Under the pieces are notes generated by a model. That model saw nothing but the letters and a program-made list of their open reading frames with translations, ran no database searches and had not been told where the DNA came from. A stretch of DNA of 64,000 bases, taken from NCBI GenBank assembly GCA_903908285.1, contig CAIVRH010000023.1, positions 25,052-89,051 of the forward strand, in the 5' to 3' direction. This DNA is from an uncultured candidate division Zixibacteria bacterium (GTDB taxonomy: Bacteria; Zixibacteria; MSB-5A5; SM1-73). This document shows positions 10,458 to 19,408 of the stretch, one piece after another. Position numbers and translations under genes: made by a program. The number at the start of each line of letters is the position of its first letter. Position 1 is the first letter of the stretch.

Positions 10458-11267
10458 ATGCTTTCTCAACTTTCGATTCCAGTATTATCCAAAAATATCC
10501 TGCAGGAAAAAATCTTTAGACTTACCCTTTCCTCTGCTTATATCTCCCAAAGGGCAAAGCCGGGGAATTTCGTTCATATCCGGGTCGGCTCCACCGGGAA
10601 TCCCCTTTTACGTCGGCCGTTCAGTATCCACTCCGTAGATATTTCCAAAAGCAGGTTTGACATTCTGTTCCGGGTCGTAGGAAAGGGGACGGAGCTTTTG
10701 TCCCAAGCAAATCCGGGCGAAGTTCTCGATATTCTCGGACCCATCGGTAATTCCTTTATCTTACCTCCTAAAAGCAAGGAGGTAATGTTGGTAGCCGGCG
10801 GAATGGGGATTGCTCCATTATGGTTCCTATTCACCCATATGTTGGCAAAAGGATTTGATCCGAGTCGGATAACTTTCCTCTTTGGCGCAAAGAATAAAAG
10901 AGAATTGCTCTACTTAGAGAAATTTAAGAAAAGCAAAGTGAAACTGCTGGTAACTACAGATGACGGAAGTCTGGGGAGTAAGGGTCTGGTTACCGAAGCT
11001 TTTCTCAAGGATATAATCGGTGGAAATCGGGATCATCAGAACTTAGCCGTTTATTCCTGCGGACCGGAGATGATGCTGGCAAGAATGTCTGATCTGGCTA
11101 AGGAATACGGTTTTTCCTGTCAAGTTTCTTTGGAAACCAACATGGCTTGTGGAGTAGGGGCTTGTTGGGGCTGTGTGGTAAAACTATCAGATGGGACTTA
11201 CCAGCGGGTTTGTGCAGATGGACCTGTGTTTGATGCCCAAAAAATAAATTTTTCAAAAATAGCATAA
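10458..11267 (+). CDS. pyrK: dihydroorotate dehydrogenase (class 1B) electron-transfer subunit
   Basis: FAD/NAD-binding ferredoxin-reductase fold with C-terminal CGVGACWGCVV...VCADGPVF [2Fe-2S] motif. Adjacent to pyrD. Start moved to the internal Met at 10458 to avoid overlap with the upstream gene. Confidence 0.85.
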   Translation: MLSQLSIPVLSKNILQEKIFRLTLSSAYISQRAKPGNFVHIRVGSTGNPLLRRPFSIHSVDISKSRFDILFRVVGKGTELLSQANPGEVLDILGPIGNSFILPPKSKEVMLVAGGMGIAPLWFLFTHMLAKGFDPSRITFLFGAKNKRELLYLEKFKKSKVKLLVTTDDGSLGSKGLVTEAFLKDIIGGNRDHQNLAVYSCGPEMMLARMSDLAKEYGFSCQVSLETNMACGVGACWGCVVKLSDGTYQRVCADGPVFDAQKINFSKIA

Positions 11268-11304
11268 GGGTGACCCGAGTGGTTGTCCGGAGTAATTTTA
11301 GGAG

Positions 11305-12234
11305 TTGAATTTGAAACCAAAACCTGATCTTTCGGTAACCATAGCCGGAGTGAAATTTCCCAATCCGGTTCTGGTGGCATCCGGCACTTTCGGGTATGGA
11401 GAGGAATACGGAGCTTTGATTGATCTTTCCAAATTGGGCGGGATCGTATGCAAATCCGTAACTTTACTCCCCCGGGAGGGAAACCCTCCTCCCCGAACCG
11501 TGGAGACCCCATCCGGTATGCTAAATGCAATCGGTCTGACGAATGTAGGAGTGGATCGCTTCATCCAGGAAAAGCTTCCTTTTTTGCAGAAGCAGAAGAC
11601 CAGGATTATCGTGAACGTAGCCGGAAGGACTATCGAGGAATATGTCGAGGTGGTCAAGAAGCTCAATCCCTGCAAAGGGATCGACATGCTGGAGATCAAT
11701 ATCTCCTGTCCCAACGTTAAAGAAGGGGGATTGGCTTTTGGCGCCAGGTGTGAATCGGCTCAAACCTGTATAAAACAGGTTAAAGAAATAAGCGGGTTTC
11801 CTATAATCGCCAAACTTTCTCCGAATGTTACCGATATCGTGGAGATTGCTCAGGCGGTGGAGGGAGCGGGGACGGATGCGATCTCTTTGATCAACACCTT
11901 GGTCGGTATGGCCATCGATGTAGAGAAGAGAAGGCCGGTTTTAGGAAATATCACCGGCGGGCTTTCCGGTCCGGCCATCAAACCGGTGGCGCTGGCTATG
12001 GTATGGAAGGTGGCAAATGCGGTAAAAGTACCGGTTATCGGTTTAGGGGGGATAATGAATACTCAGGACGCACTGGAATTCTTCTTGGCCGGCGCCAGCA
12101 TGATCCAGATCGGAACCGCTAATTTCGTAGATCCGCAGACATCGGTAAATATCGTCAACGGATTGAACAGATATCTTAAGGAAAAAGGAATTGAAAGAAT
12201 TACAGATTTGGTGGGAAAGCTGGAAACTAAATAG
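11305..12234 (+). CDS. pyrD: dihydroorotate dehydrogenase catalytic subunit (class 1B)
   Basis: ASGTFGYG, NAIGLTNVG and EINISCPNVKEGG motifs. TTG start with GGAG RBS. Confidence 0.9.
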   Translation: MNLKPKPDLSVTIAGVKFPNPVLVASGTFGYGEEYGALIDLSKLGGIVCKSVTLLPREGNPPPRTVETPSGMLNAIGLTNVGVDRFIQEKLPFLQKQKTRIIVNVAGRTIEEYVEVVKKLNPCKGIDMLEINISCPNVKEGGLAFGARCESAQTCIKQVKEISGFPIIAKLSPNVTDIVEIAQAVEGAGTDAISLINTLVGMAIDVEKRRPVLGNITGGLSGPAIKPVALAMVWKVANAVKVPVIGLGGIMNTQDALEFFLAGASMIQIGTANFVDPQTSVNIVNGLNRYLKEKGIERITDLVGKLETK

Positions 12235-12375
12235 ATCTTCCTGATTAAACATACATTTGGGAAAAGCCATAAACTATTCGGTTTAGAGCACCTTCGAACT
12301 CTACGATTTTATCCCCTTTTGAAATTCACATATCAATTGTCTTCTCGAAGCAACTCAGACTATCACACCTTGTTA

Positions 12376-12410
12376 GAAAAAGGCGGGGTTTTCGTCCCGC
12401 CTCTTTTAAA
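12376..12410. terminator. bidirectional rho-independent terminator between pyrD (+) and 12441..13355 (-)
   Basis: agaaaaaGGCGGGGttttcgtCCCGCCtctttt: GC stem flanked by an A-run and a T-run. Confidence 0.7.
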
Positions 12411-12440
12411 AAGAGAGTGTTTAATTAAAAAACCATGGTC

Positions 12441-13355
12441 TTACAATTCGCAAGGAGGAGGACCATGTTTGAAGAGATAGTTTATGGTGTAAACCACATC
12501 ACCGATATCGATTATACCATCGCAATTGGCGTCACCATTTAATGCCAAAGAGAGCATGGGGGTGAATATCCTTTCCGAGGGTGAAACACCTCCAAGAGTA
12601 TCGGCGCAATATGAGCTAATAAGCATGAGTGAATGTGACGGTGGTTTCTGTGTTGCGGATAAAGCGAGAGGATCACCATCCGCTAGCTTGGTGAAGTACA
12701 GCGTCGCTACCAGGCCGGTGGTTCCAGAATCAAGTGGTGTGTCTGTATACTCGTTTGCAAAAGGCAAGATCATTACTGTCTTATTGTCATTATCGATGGA
12801 GACTGTCATAGGCCAGCTAATGTTAAAATCTACGGATCCCGATCTGGACCAATCTGTCGGAATTATACTCCCGGCAAAACTTACACTGTCTAAAGTCACA
12901 TCTACTTCATTGGGTCGGCTGGCGTAACTTAAGGGAATTACCATGCCCATCAAATCTGGTCCGCCATTCTTAATTATCTTGATTTGAGTAGTTTCATGGT
13001 TATTGCCCCCACTAAAATAAATCAGGTCGACAAAGAATCTGATTTCACTTCCAACCCTCACAGAGGTTCCGGAATAAGGCAGTAAATCACAAAAAGGAGG
13101 GTAGAGATGGCCAATCAACTGTGTGATATCTCCTAAATTAATACCGGGTGAGCCATCCACATCAGCATCAATAGGATTGACGGGTGGGTTACCATTCTGA
13201 AACAGGTACTGGATTAGGTAAACTATGTCACCCACACTAACGATTGAATCAGCGTTAACATCTCCGAGAATGGCTGATGCCGGTGCAGCAAAAAAGCCAC
13301 CCCAGAGTATGGTAAAAAAGCCACAGAAAACCAAAAGAATTGCAAGTTTTTTCAT
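12441..13355 (-). CDS. secreted protein with dockerin-type-I-like repeats at both the N- and C-terminus, flanking a beta-rich middle domain
   Basis: Signal peptide, then GDVNADSIVSVGDIVYLIQYLFQNG...DADVDGSPGINLGDITQLIGHLY. The C-terminus has NGDANCDGIIDIGDVVYTINYLFKHGPPPC. The same motif recurs in four other proteins in this window. Confidence 0.6.
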   Translation of the reverse strand: MKKLAILLVFCGFFTILWGGFFAAPASAILGDVNADSIVSVGDIVYLIQYLFQNGNPPVNPIDADVDGSPGINLGDITQLIGHLYPPFCDLLPYSGTSVRVGSEIRFFVDLIYFSGGNNHETTQIKIIKNGGPDLMGMVIPLSYASRPNEVDVTLDSVSFAGSIIPTDWSRSGSVDFNISWPMTVSIDNDNKTVMILPFANEYTDTPLDSGTTGLVATLYFTKLADGDPLALSATQKPPSHSLMLISSYCADTLGGVSPSERIFTPMLSLALNGDANCDGIIDIGDVVYTINYLFKHGPPPCEL

Positions 13356-13936
13356 TTTCTCCTCTCCTTATGTAAAAAGATTATCTAATACAGTTCAATC
13401 TAACCATTCATTATTATAGAGACAACTTACCATTCTACCTCCTGGTTAAGGGTTATTCTTTAGTTGGTTGCTGGAATTGTTTTCCTAAAAAGAAAGCAAC
13501 ACCATCTACAAAATCAGTTGAGGATTAAATCAATTATTATGAAAATAATATAGACATGTTCCTGAGTTTGTCAAGTTTAAAAAGAAGAATTTAACTACTT
13601 TTGATTAACTCACACACTATGTGTAAGTTATCATCTAGAAGAATCTGGGGTGAGTGATAATAAATCCCTGTTAACCAGAATGATAAAATTGAATAAAGGT
13701 TGGAGTTATGGATTGTGGATGGAGTAAAATAGCCAAGCGAGAGATAATATAAATGAATGGTCAGGATGCCTTTTCTGTTTATCATCAAGTTTGAGATCAG
13801 GACATATTCTTTTCCTTTTCTTAAATGTATTGGAAAGGTATTTCTACTGAAGCAAGTGGATAAATTTTATCTCTATTAGCTATCTTCATCTTATAGAGAA
13901 GAGGAAATCGAGGTGAGGTCTTACATCATGGATTCT

Positions 13937-13963
13937 GTGCAAAAAAACAGGCGGGATTATTTA
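13937..13963 (-). terminator. rho-independent terminator of 14007..14882 (minus strand)
   Basis: ACAGGCGGGATtatttATCCTGCCTGT hairpin preceded on + by aaaaaaa (T-run on the minus transcript). Confidence 0.65.
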
Positions 13964-14006
13964 TCCTGCCTGTTATATTTAGACACTGAAGGCTACATCA
14001 ATGGGC

Positions 14007-14882
14007 TTACGATCCACAGGGAGGCGGTCCACCTCTGAACAGATAATTGATCGAATAGACTATATCTCCAATATCGACTCTCCCGTCGCAGTTGGCATCA
14101 CCCACCAGCCCCAAAGAGAGAACAGGGACAGTGATCCTTCGGGAGGGGGGAGTGCCGTCTGCGCAGTAGGCACTGATGAGCATGAGCGAATGGGAGGGAG
14201 GGATTTCGGTAATAGAGAGAGAGTGAGGGGTTCCATTAGCCGTCTTATTAAAATATAGGGTTGCCAACACACCGGTGGTTCCGGAATCGATCGGTGTTAT
14301 CCCAGTAAAATTGGCGCGAGAGGAGATGAGAACGGTCTTCTCCGTGTTATCGATACGAACAAGATTCTGATCCGGATTCCAGCTTGATGGAATTATGCTT
14401 CCGTAGAAACTCACACTGTCTAAAGTTACCTCAACCTCACCGGGTTGATCGGCATAGCTTAAAGGTATCACGAACCCCACTAAATCCGGTCCCTCATTCA
14501 ACAATATTTTGACACTGATGGTATCGGTAGGGCCGGAAGCCATAGGAGAAATCAAGTCTGAAGACAATAATATTTTACTGCCTAACTTTACGGAGGTTCC
14601 GGAGTAAGGAATAAGACTGCACCCGGTATAACAGTAACCGATTAGTTGCATTACATCACCCATATTGATACCCGAGGAGCCATCCACATCAGCATCAATA
14701 GGATTGACAGGAGGGGGTGAGTTCTTGTAAAGATAATTTATCAGGTAGACTATATCACCGGTCTCCACTGTGCCACTATTATTAATGTCTCCAGGAATGG
14801 CGGATACCGGTGTAACAAACAAACCGCACCAAAACATGGCTAAAAAGCCACAGAAGACTAAAGAAACTATAAGCTTTTTCAT
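14007..14882 (-). CDS. secreted double-dockerin-like protein, paralog of 12441..13355
   Basis: Same architecture and ~50% identity by eye (MKKLxxxLVFCGF..., GDIVYLINYLYKN, GINMGDVMQLIGY, C-terminal GDANCDGRVDIGDIVYSINYLFRGGPPPC). Confidence 0.6.
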   Translation of the reverse strand: MKKLIVSLVFCGFLAMFWCGLFVTPVSAIPGDINNSGTVETGDIVYLINYLYKNSPPPVNPIDADVDGSSGINMGDVMQLIGYCYTGCSLIPYSGTSVKLGSKILLSSDLISPMASGPTDTISVKILLNEGPDLVGFVIPLSYADQPGEVEVTLDSVSFYGSIIPSSWNPDQNLVRIDNTEKTVLISSRANFTGITPIDSGTTGVLATLYFNKTANGTPHSLSITEIPPSHSLMLISAYCADGTPPSRRITVPVLSLGLVGDANCDGRVDIGDIVYSINYLFRGGPPPCGS

Positions 14883-15217
14883 TCTCTCCTCTCCCTTTTT
14901 GAAGGTTTAAGAATTTAGTAAGCTTTATACCCCCCTTATCTTTAGAGATAAACCACCCCATCACCTCCTGGCTAAAGGTTGGAAAGATAAATAAGGTTGG
15001 TTTGATTGTTTTGAAAAAAAGCATGATCATCACAAAATTCGTTTGGGAGCTTGATAAATTTTATGTATTTAATATAAACCCTTTTATGGACTTGTCAATT
15101 TCAAAAAAAGGAGTTTCGAGTTTATAGGAAAACCCTATACTCCGGAGGGATGGGATATTCCACAGGAGGGATAAGTATAATGTGAAGGTTCAATACCTGT
15201 ATTTAGATCTTTTGAGG

Positions 15218-16531
15218 TTATTCTCTGCTCCTCACCTCTCCCCCTACGATGGTGCAGAAAACCTTACCACGAAGTCTTTTCTTGCCAAAGGGTGAATTCT
15301 TTGACTTCGATTGAAACTTGGTCGGATCCACCACCCACAGAGTTTTGGGATGGATGATGGTGATATCTGCCGGGAAGTTTTTCTTAATCCTTCCCCCATT
15401 CAGATTCAATATTTTAGCGGGATTTATGGTCAGCTTAGCTATGGCTTGTGACCAGGAAAGAATCTTTTTCTCGATTAATTCGGTAACCACCAAGCCCAAA
15501 GCGGTCTCCAAACCCACCATTCCGCAAGGGGCAAAATCGAACTCCACGTCTTTTTCCTCAATCGAATGAGGGGCATGGTCGGTGGCGATGCAATCGATGG
15601 TCCCGTCCGCCAAGCCTTTTTTTATCGCTTCCACATCTTTCTTCGATCTTAGCGGCGGGTTGACTTTGGCATTGGTGTCGAATGTCCTTATTATCTCGTG
15701 GGTCAACGAGAAATGGTGGGGAGTGGCTTCGCAGGTGACTTTTATACCTCTCTTTTTAGCCTGACGGATAAGCTCCACCGAACCCTCGGTGGAAACGTGG
15801 GCGATATGAAGGTGGGCTTTGGTAAATTCAGCCAGTTTAATATCCCGCGCCACCATGATTTCTTCAGCCACCGAAGGTATGCCGCTCATCCCCAGACTGG
15901 TAGATACAAAACCCTCATGCATAACTCCGCTGCCGGAAAGATTCAAATCCTCACAGTGAGAGATCACCGGCAGATCAAACATCCGGCAATATTCCAAAGC
16001 GTTTCTCATCACTTGCGGATCGGAGACCGGTTTTCCGTCATCCGAGATCGCCACCACCCCGGCCTGGACCAAATCGTAAATCTCGGTGAGCTCCTCGCCC
16101 ATCTGATTTTTGGTGATACAACCGATCGGATACACTTTGCATTTTGCCTGTTTTGCTTTCTCGTAGACAAACTTTACGGTTTCCTGATTATCGATAGGGG
16201 GATGGGTGTTAGGCATACAGCAGACCGAGGTGAATCCTCCAGCTACGGCTGCACAGGAACCGGTATATATGGTTTCCTCGTCCTCTCTTCCCGGCTCCCT
16301 CAGGTGGGTATGCATGTCTATCAGACCGGGAACCACTATCATTTCCTTGGCATCGATGGTCTCTTTCGCCCCAAGCTTGCTTTTAGGCTTCTCGATTCTC
16401 TTAATCACTCCATCCCGGATGAAAATATCCGCGATCCGGTCGGTTTTGCTTTCCGGGTCGATCACTCTGCCACCTACGATGGCCAGATCGAATTCCGAAA
16501 CCACTCCTTTTTCCTTCTCGTAGTTATTCAA
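15218..16531 (-). CDS. pyrC: dihydroorotase
   Basis: PGLIDMHTHLREPG, metal-ligand His/Asp pattern, ~430 aa. Confidence 0.9.
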   Translation of the reverse strand: MNNYEKEKGVVSEFDLAIVGGRVIDPESKTDRIADIFIRDGVIKRIEKPKSKLGAKETIDAKEMIVVPGLIDMHTHLREPGREDEETIYTGSCAAVAGGFTSVCCMPNTHPPIDNQETVKFVYEKAKQAKCKVYPIGCITKNQMGEELTEIYDLVQAGVVAISDDGKPVSDPQVMRNALEYCRMFDLPVISHCEDLNLSGSGVMHEGFVSTSLGMSGIPSVAEEIMVARDIKLAEFTKAHLHIAHVSTEGSVELIRQAKKRGIKVTCEATPHHFSLTHEIIRTFDTNAKVNPPLRSKKDVEAIKKGLADGTIDCIATDHAPHSIEEKDVEFDFAPCGMVGLETALGLVVTELIEKKILSWSQAIAKLTINPAKILNLNGGRIKKNFPADITIIHPKTLWVVDPTKFQSKSKNSPFGKKRLRGKVFCTIVGGEVRSRE

Positions 16532-17456
16532 CTTTTCCTTCTCCTCCGCTTAAAAGATATAAAACCGCCATTCTCACCGCTACTCCGTTGGTTACCTGGT
16601 CCAAGATCACCGAGTGAGGACCGTCCGCCACTTCCGGGGTGATCTCCACCCCTCTATTTATAGGTCCCGGATGCATGATGGTGAAATTCTGATTCAACCG
16701 ATTTAGTCTATCCCGGGTTATTCCAAATTTGTTGGAATACTCCCTGAGTGAAGGCAAAAGACTGCCCCTTTGTCTTTCTAACTGAATCCTTAGAACATTG
16801 ACCACGTCCGCCCCTTCTAAAGCTTGGTCCAGATCGGAATATGCTTTCACCCCCATCTTTTCGATCTCCAGTGGGAGCATGGTGGTGGGACCGCATACCG
16901 AAACATCCGCTCCCAAGGCAGTGAATCCCCAGATATCCGATCTTGCCACCCGGCTGTGTTTTATGTCCCCCACGATCACGACTTTTAAGCCTTTGATCCT
17001 TTTGTACTTTTCTCTGACAGTGAAAACGTCCAGCAATCCCTGGGTGGGATGTTCATGGGCTCCATCTCCGGCATTGATGATGGATGCCTTCATACACTGA
17101 GTAAGAAAATAGGGGACTCCAGAGGCTTGATGCCTAACCACCACCATATCGATCTTCATAGCTTCGATATTTCTAACCGTGTCCTTCAACGTCTCCCCTT
17201 TTTTGACGCTGGAGGTCGAAGCGGAGAAGTTCACCACCTCGGCGGAAAGACGTTTCTCTGCCAGCTCAAAGGAGATGCGGGTGCGGGTGGAAGCCTCGTA
17301 GAACAAGTTCACCACCCCCACCCCTCTCAAGGTGGGAACGATTCGGATGGGGCGTGCCAGAATCTCCTTTAAAGTTTCCGCGGTATCCAGAATCAAGGTT
17401 ATCTCATCTTTACTCATCCCCTCCAAGGCGAGGAGATGTCTGCTACGTAATTTCAT
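16524..17456 (-). CDS. pyrB: aspartate carbamoyltransferase catalytic subunit
   Basis: STRTR and HPTQ(G)LLD motifs. GGAGGT RBS before the ATG at 17456. Confidence 0.9.
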   Translation of the reverse strand: MKLRSRHLLALEGMSKDEITLILDTAETLKEILARPIRIVPTLRGVGVVNLFYEASTRTRISFELAEKRLSAEVVNFSASTSSVKKGETLKDTVRNIEAMKIDMVVVRHQASGVPYFLTQCMKASIINAGDGAHEHPTQGLLDVFTVREKYKRIKGLKVVIVGDIKHSRVARSDIWGFTALGADVSVCGPTTMLPLEIEKMGVKAYSDLDQALEGADVVNVLRIQLERQRGSLLPSLREYSNKFGITRDRLNRLNQNFTIMHPGPINRGVEITPEVADGPHSVILDQVTNGVAVRMAVLYLLSGGEGKVE

Positions 17457-17474
17457 CACACCTCCGAAAATACC

Positions 17475-17501
17475 GGTTCGTAGTTCGTGGTTCGTGGTTG
17501 G
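17475..17501. repeat. (GTTCRTRG)n octamer repeat tract in the pyrR-pyrB spacer
   Basis: ggttcgtagttcgtggttcgtggttgg. Related tracts at 55909-55999 and 59683-59707. Confidence 0.6.
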
Positions 17502-17646
17502 AAGTCTCTACTTTACGGTTCACGCTTGAATTTCTTCATGGAATTTAGCGCTTTTCTATCCATATCATTCTTCATCCGTCATTCTTTATTCTTCATTCGA
17601 TATTAGCTTTATTTTATTTCTTCTTTTTCCATTTTCTCTTGACTCT

Positions 17647-18192
17647 TCACTGCTTTATGATGGACACACTGTCCTCCTTGTCCACCTCGGTTATCTTCAC
17701 ATTCACCCGGTCATCCTTGGCGGTGGGAATGTTTTTCCCCACATAATCTGCGCGGATGGGAAGCTCGCGATGTCCCCGGTCGACTAAAACCGCCAGCTGG
17801 ATGTTTTTCGGTCGACCGAAATCGATTATCTGGTCCAAAGCTGCCCGGATGGTCCTGCCGGTGAACAAGACATCGTCCACCAGGACTATCACTTTATCCA
17901 CCACATCGAATAAGACCTCGGTTTTTTGAACCACAGGCTGTTCCAGTTTGGTCTGGATGTCATCCCGGTACAAGGTTATGTCCATCAGCCCGACGGGGAT
18001 TTTTACTTTTTCGATTTGTTCAATCAGCTTGGCGATTCGCTCGGCCAAGTATGCTCCCCGGGTTTTGATTCCAATGACTGCCAGATTTTCCGCGCCCTTG
18101 TTTTTTTCCACCATCTCATGGGCCACGCGAATCAATGCTCTTTCCACCGCTTTGGCATCCATGACCAATACGATTTTCTGTTTCTTAGGCAA
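17647..18192 (-). CDS. pyrR: bifunctional pyrimidine operon regulatory protein / uracil phosphoribosyltransferase
   Basis: PRTase motif [17 protein letters not shown], ~180 aa, located upstream of pyrB-pyrC. Confidence 0.85.
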   Translation of the reverse strand: MPKKQKIVLVMDAKAVERALIRVAHEMVEKNKGAENLAVIGIKTRGAYLAERIAKLIEQIEKVKIPVGLMDITLYRDDIQTKLEQPVVQKTEVLFDVVDKVIVLVDDVLFTGRTIRAALDQIIDFGRPKNIQLAVLVDRGHRELPIRADYVGKNIPTAKDDRVNVKITEVDKEDSVSIIKQ

Positions 18193-18321
18193 TTGGCTCC
18201 TCCTTGTGATTTCTCTAATCCCCCTAAATCCCCCTTTAACAAAGGGGGATTAAAATCTTCCTTTTTACCTGAGACGGGATATATCATTGTGCCAACTTTT
18301 GACAACCAAATCCACAGATAA

Positions 18322-18358
18322 AAAAATACCCTTCCTCGGTTTTTCTGAGGAAGGGTAG
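18322..18358 (-). terminator. rho-independent terminator ending the 22585->18461 minus-strand operon
   Basis: aaaaaaataCCCTTCCTCggtttttctGAGGAAGGGtag: 9-bp GC-rich stem, with a T-run on the minus transcript. Confidence 0.65.
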
Positions 18359-18460
18359 TTATTTCAATTCGTATTATTTTCATTTTACCTTTTCTAGCTT
18401 CGCCGAACTAGATTAAAAGGCTCTTCGGTTGTACCTAATCTATTCAAGGATTCTTTCTTG

Positions 18461-19309
18461 TCAAGTATTTTTTTGGAGTGTTTCCAGCCAATCTAAATGG
18501 TAGTGAAGAAGATAAGTTTTTACTGCTTCCTTTTTTCCTTTGTATGAGTCTCGAAGGTCATTTACATAATTATCAACAAGCGGAACAATTCCTTGGTCTC
18601 TTATCTCAGACCGTTTTCGACCCCAATTTCCAGTTGGTTTGAGACATCCCCTGCCTCCTCTAAGTATCCAAGCCGGATCGTTTATAATCTTAACTTTCAA
18701 TCCTTGTTCTTCGAGAAATCTAACATGGCGACCTTGAAATGTTATTATAATTGATGGTTTTAATTCCTTTAGTTCCCTCAAAGCAAGTTCATCATTAAGT
18801 TCCCAATATTTTTCCGGTGATTCGAGATGGTTAGGATTTATATCTATTTTCTTGTGAAGAGAGAATTTGTAGTAATTTGAAACTGCAACATGGTCTTGTA
18901 CTTCGTTAAAGGTCGAATATTTCTCTTGGGATATAGAATAAATTAATACACCAGCCAAAGCAGGCAGAACCCCTCCTTGATAAGGAGCAATTGCGATTTC
19001 AGAAAAGTCCAAATCGTTTTCTGGATATTTTCTCTCAAAACCAGGGCAAGAATAATAAAGTCTTTCTACCAGTTTATCGAAGTTTTTTGAGTATAGTTCT
19101 CTGAGGGATAATTCGTTCAGGCTGAAAGGGATATTCTGTGCTGTGGCATAAATGAGAATTCTGTATCCCTCATAGTTTTTGCCAACAAACGGGATATAAG
19201 GAGGAAAAAACTGACCATCATCAGTTTTTGTAGATAATAAGTCAGCATATTTTGATAAATTTCTTAAGTCCCAATTTTGGAACTCTGTGATAAGACTTTT
19301 TATATCCAT
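18461..19309 (-). CDS. hypothetical protein, last gene of the candidate gasdermin-protease operon
   Basis: 282 aa, no signal peptide, no confident domain (only a faint resemblance to UDG-superfamily-like folds). Same strand, 99 nt after the protease gene. Confidence 0.35.
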   Translation of the reverse strand: MDIKSLITEFQNWDLRNLSKYADLLSTKTDDGQFFPPYIPFVGKNYEGYRILIYATAQNIPFSLNELSLRELYSKNFDKLVERLYYSCPGFERKYPENDLDFSEIAIAPYQGGVLPALAGVLIYSISQEKYSTFNEVQDHVAVSNYYKFSLHKKIDINPNHLESPEKYWELNDELALRELKELKPSIIITFQGRHVRFLEEQGLKVKIINDPAWILRGGRGCLKPTGNWGRKRSEIRDQGIVPLVDNYVNDLRDSYKGKKEAVKTYLLHYHLDWLETLQKNT

Positions 19310-19408
19310 ATGTCTCCTTTCTGTTTTTAGTATTTGTCAGGCATCCTTCGGAACCCGACCTACAGTATGTAAAACTTCAGGCGACCACCAGAGTTGTTCC
19401 TGCAGATT

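Noticed and set aside
15698-16642. 314-aa ORF on the + strand, inside pyrC
   Set aside because: Antisense to a strongly conserved dihydroorotase. The translation is low-complexity (Gly/Arg/His-rich) with no motif. It is a typical shadow ORF.
17460-17646. PyrR RNA-binding box / classical attenuator in the pyrR-pyrB spacer
   Set aside because: I could not find the conserved CCAGAGAGGCU-type loop or a terminator hairpin with a U-run. The conspicuous element there is the GTTCGTGG octamer repeat instead.
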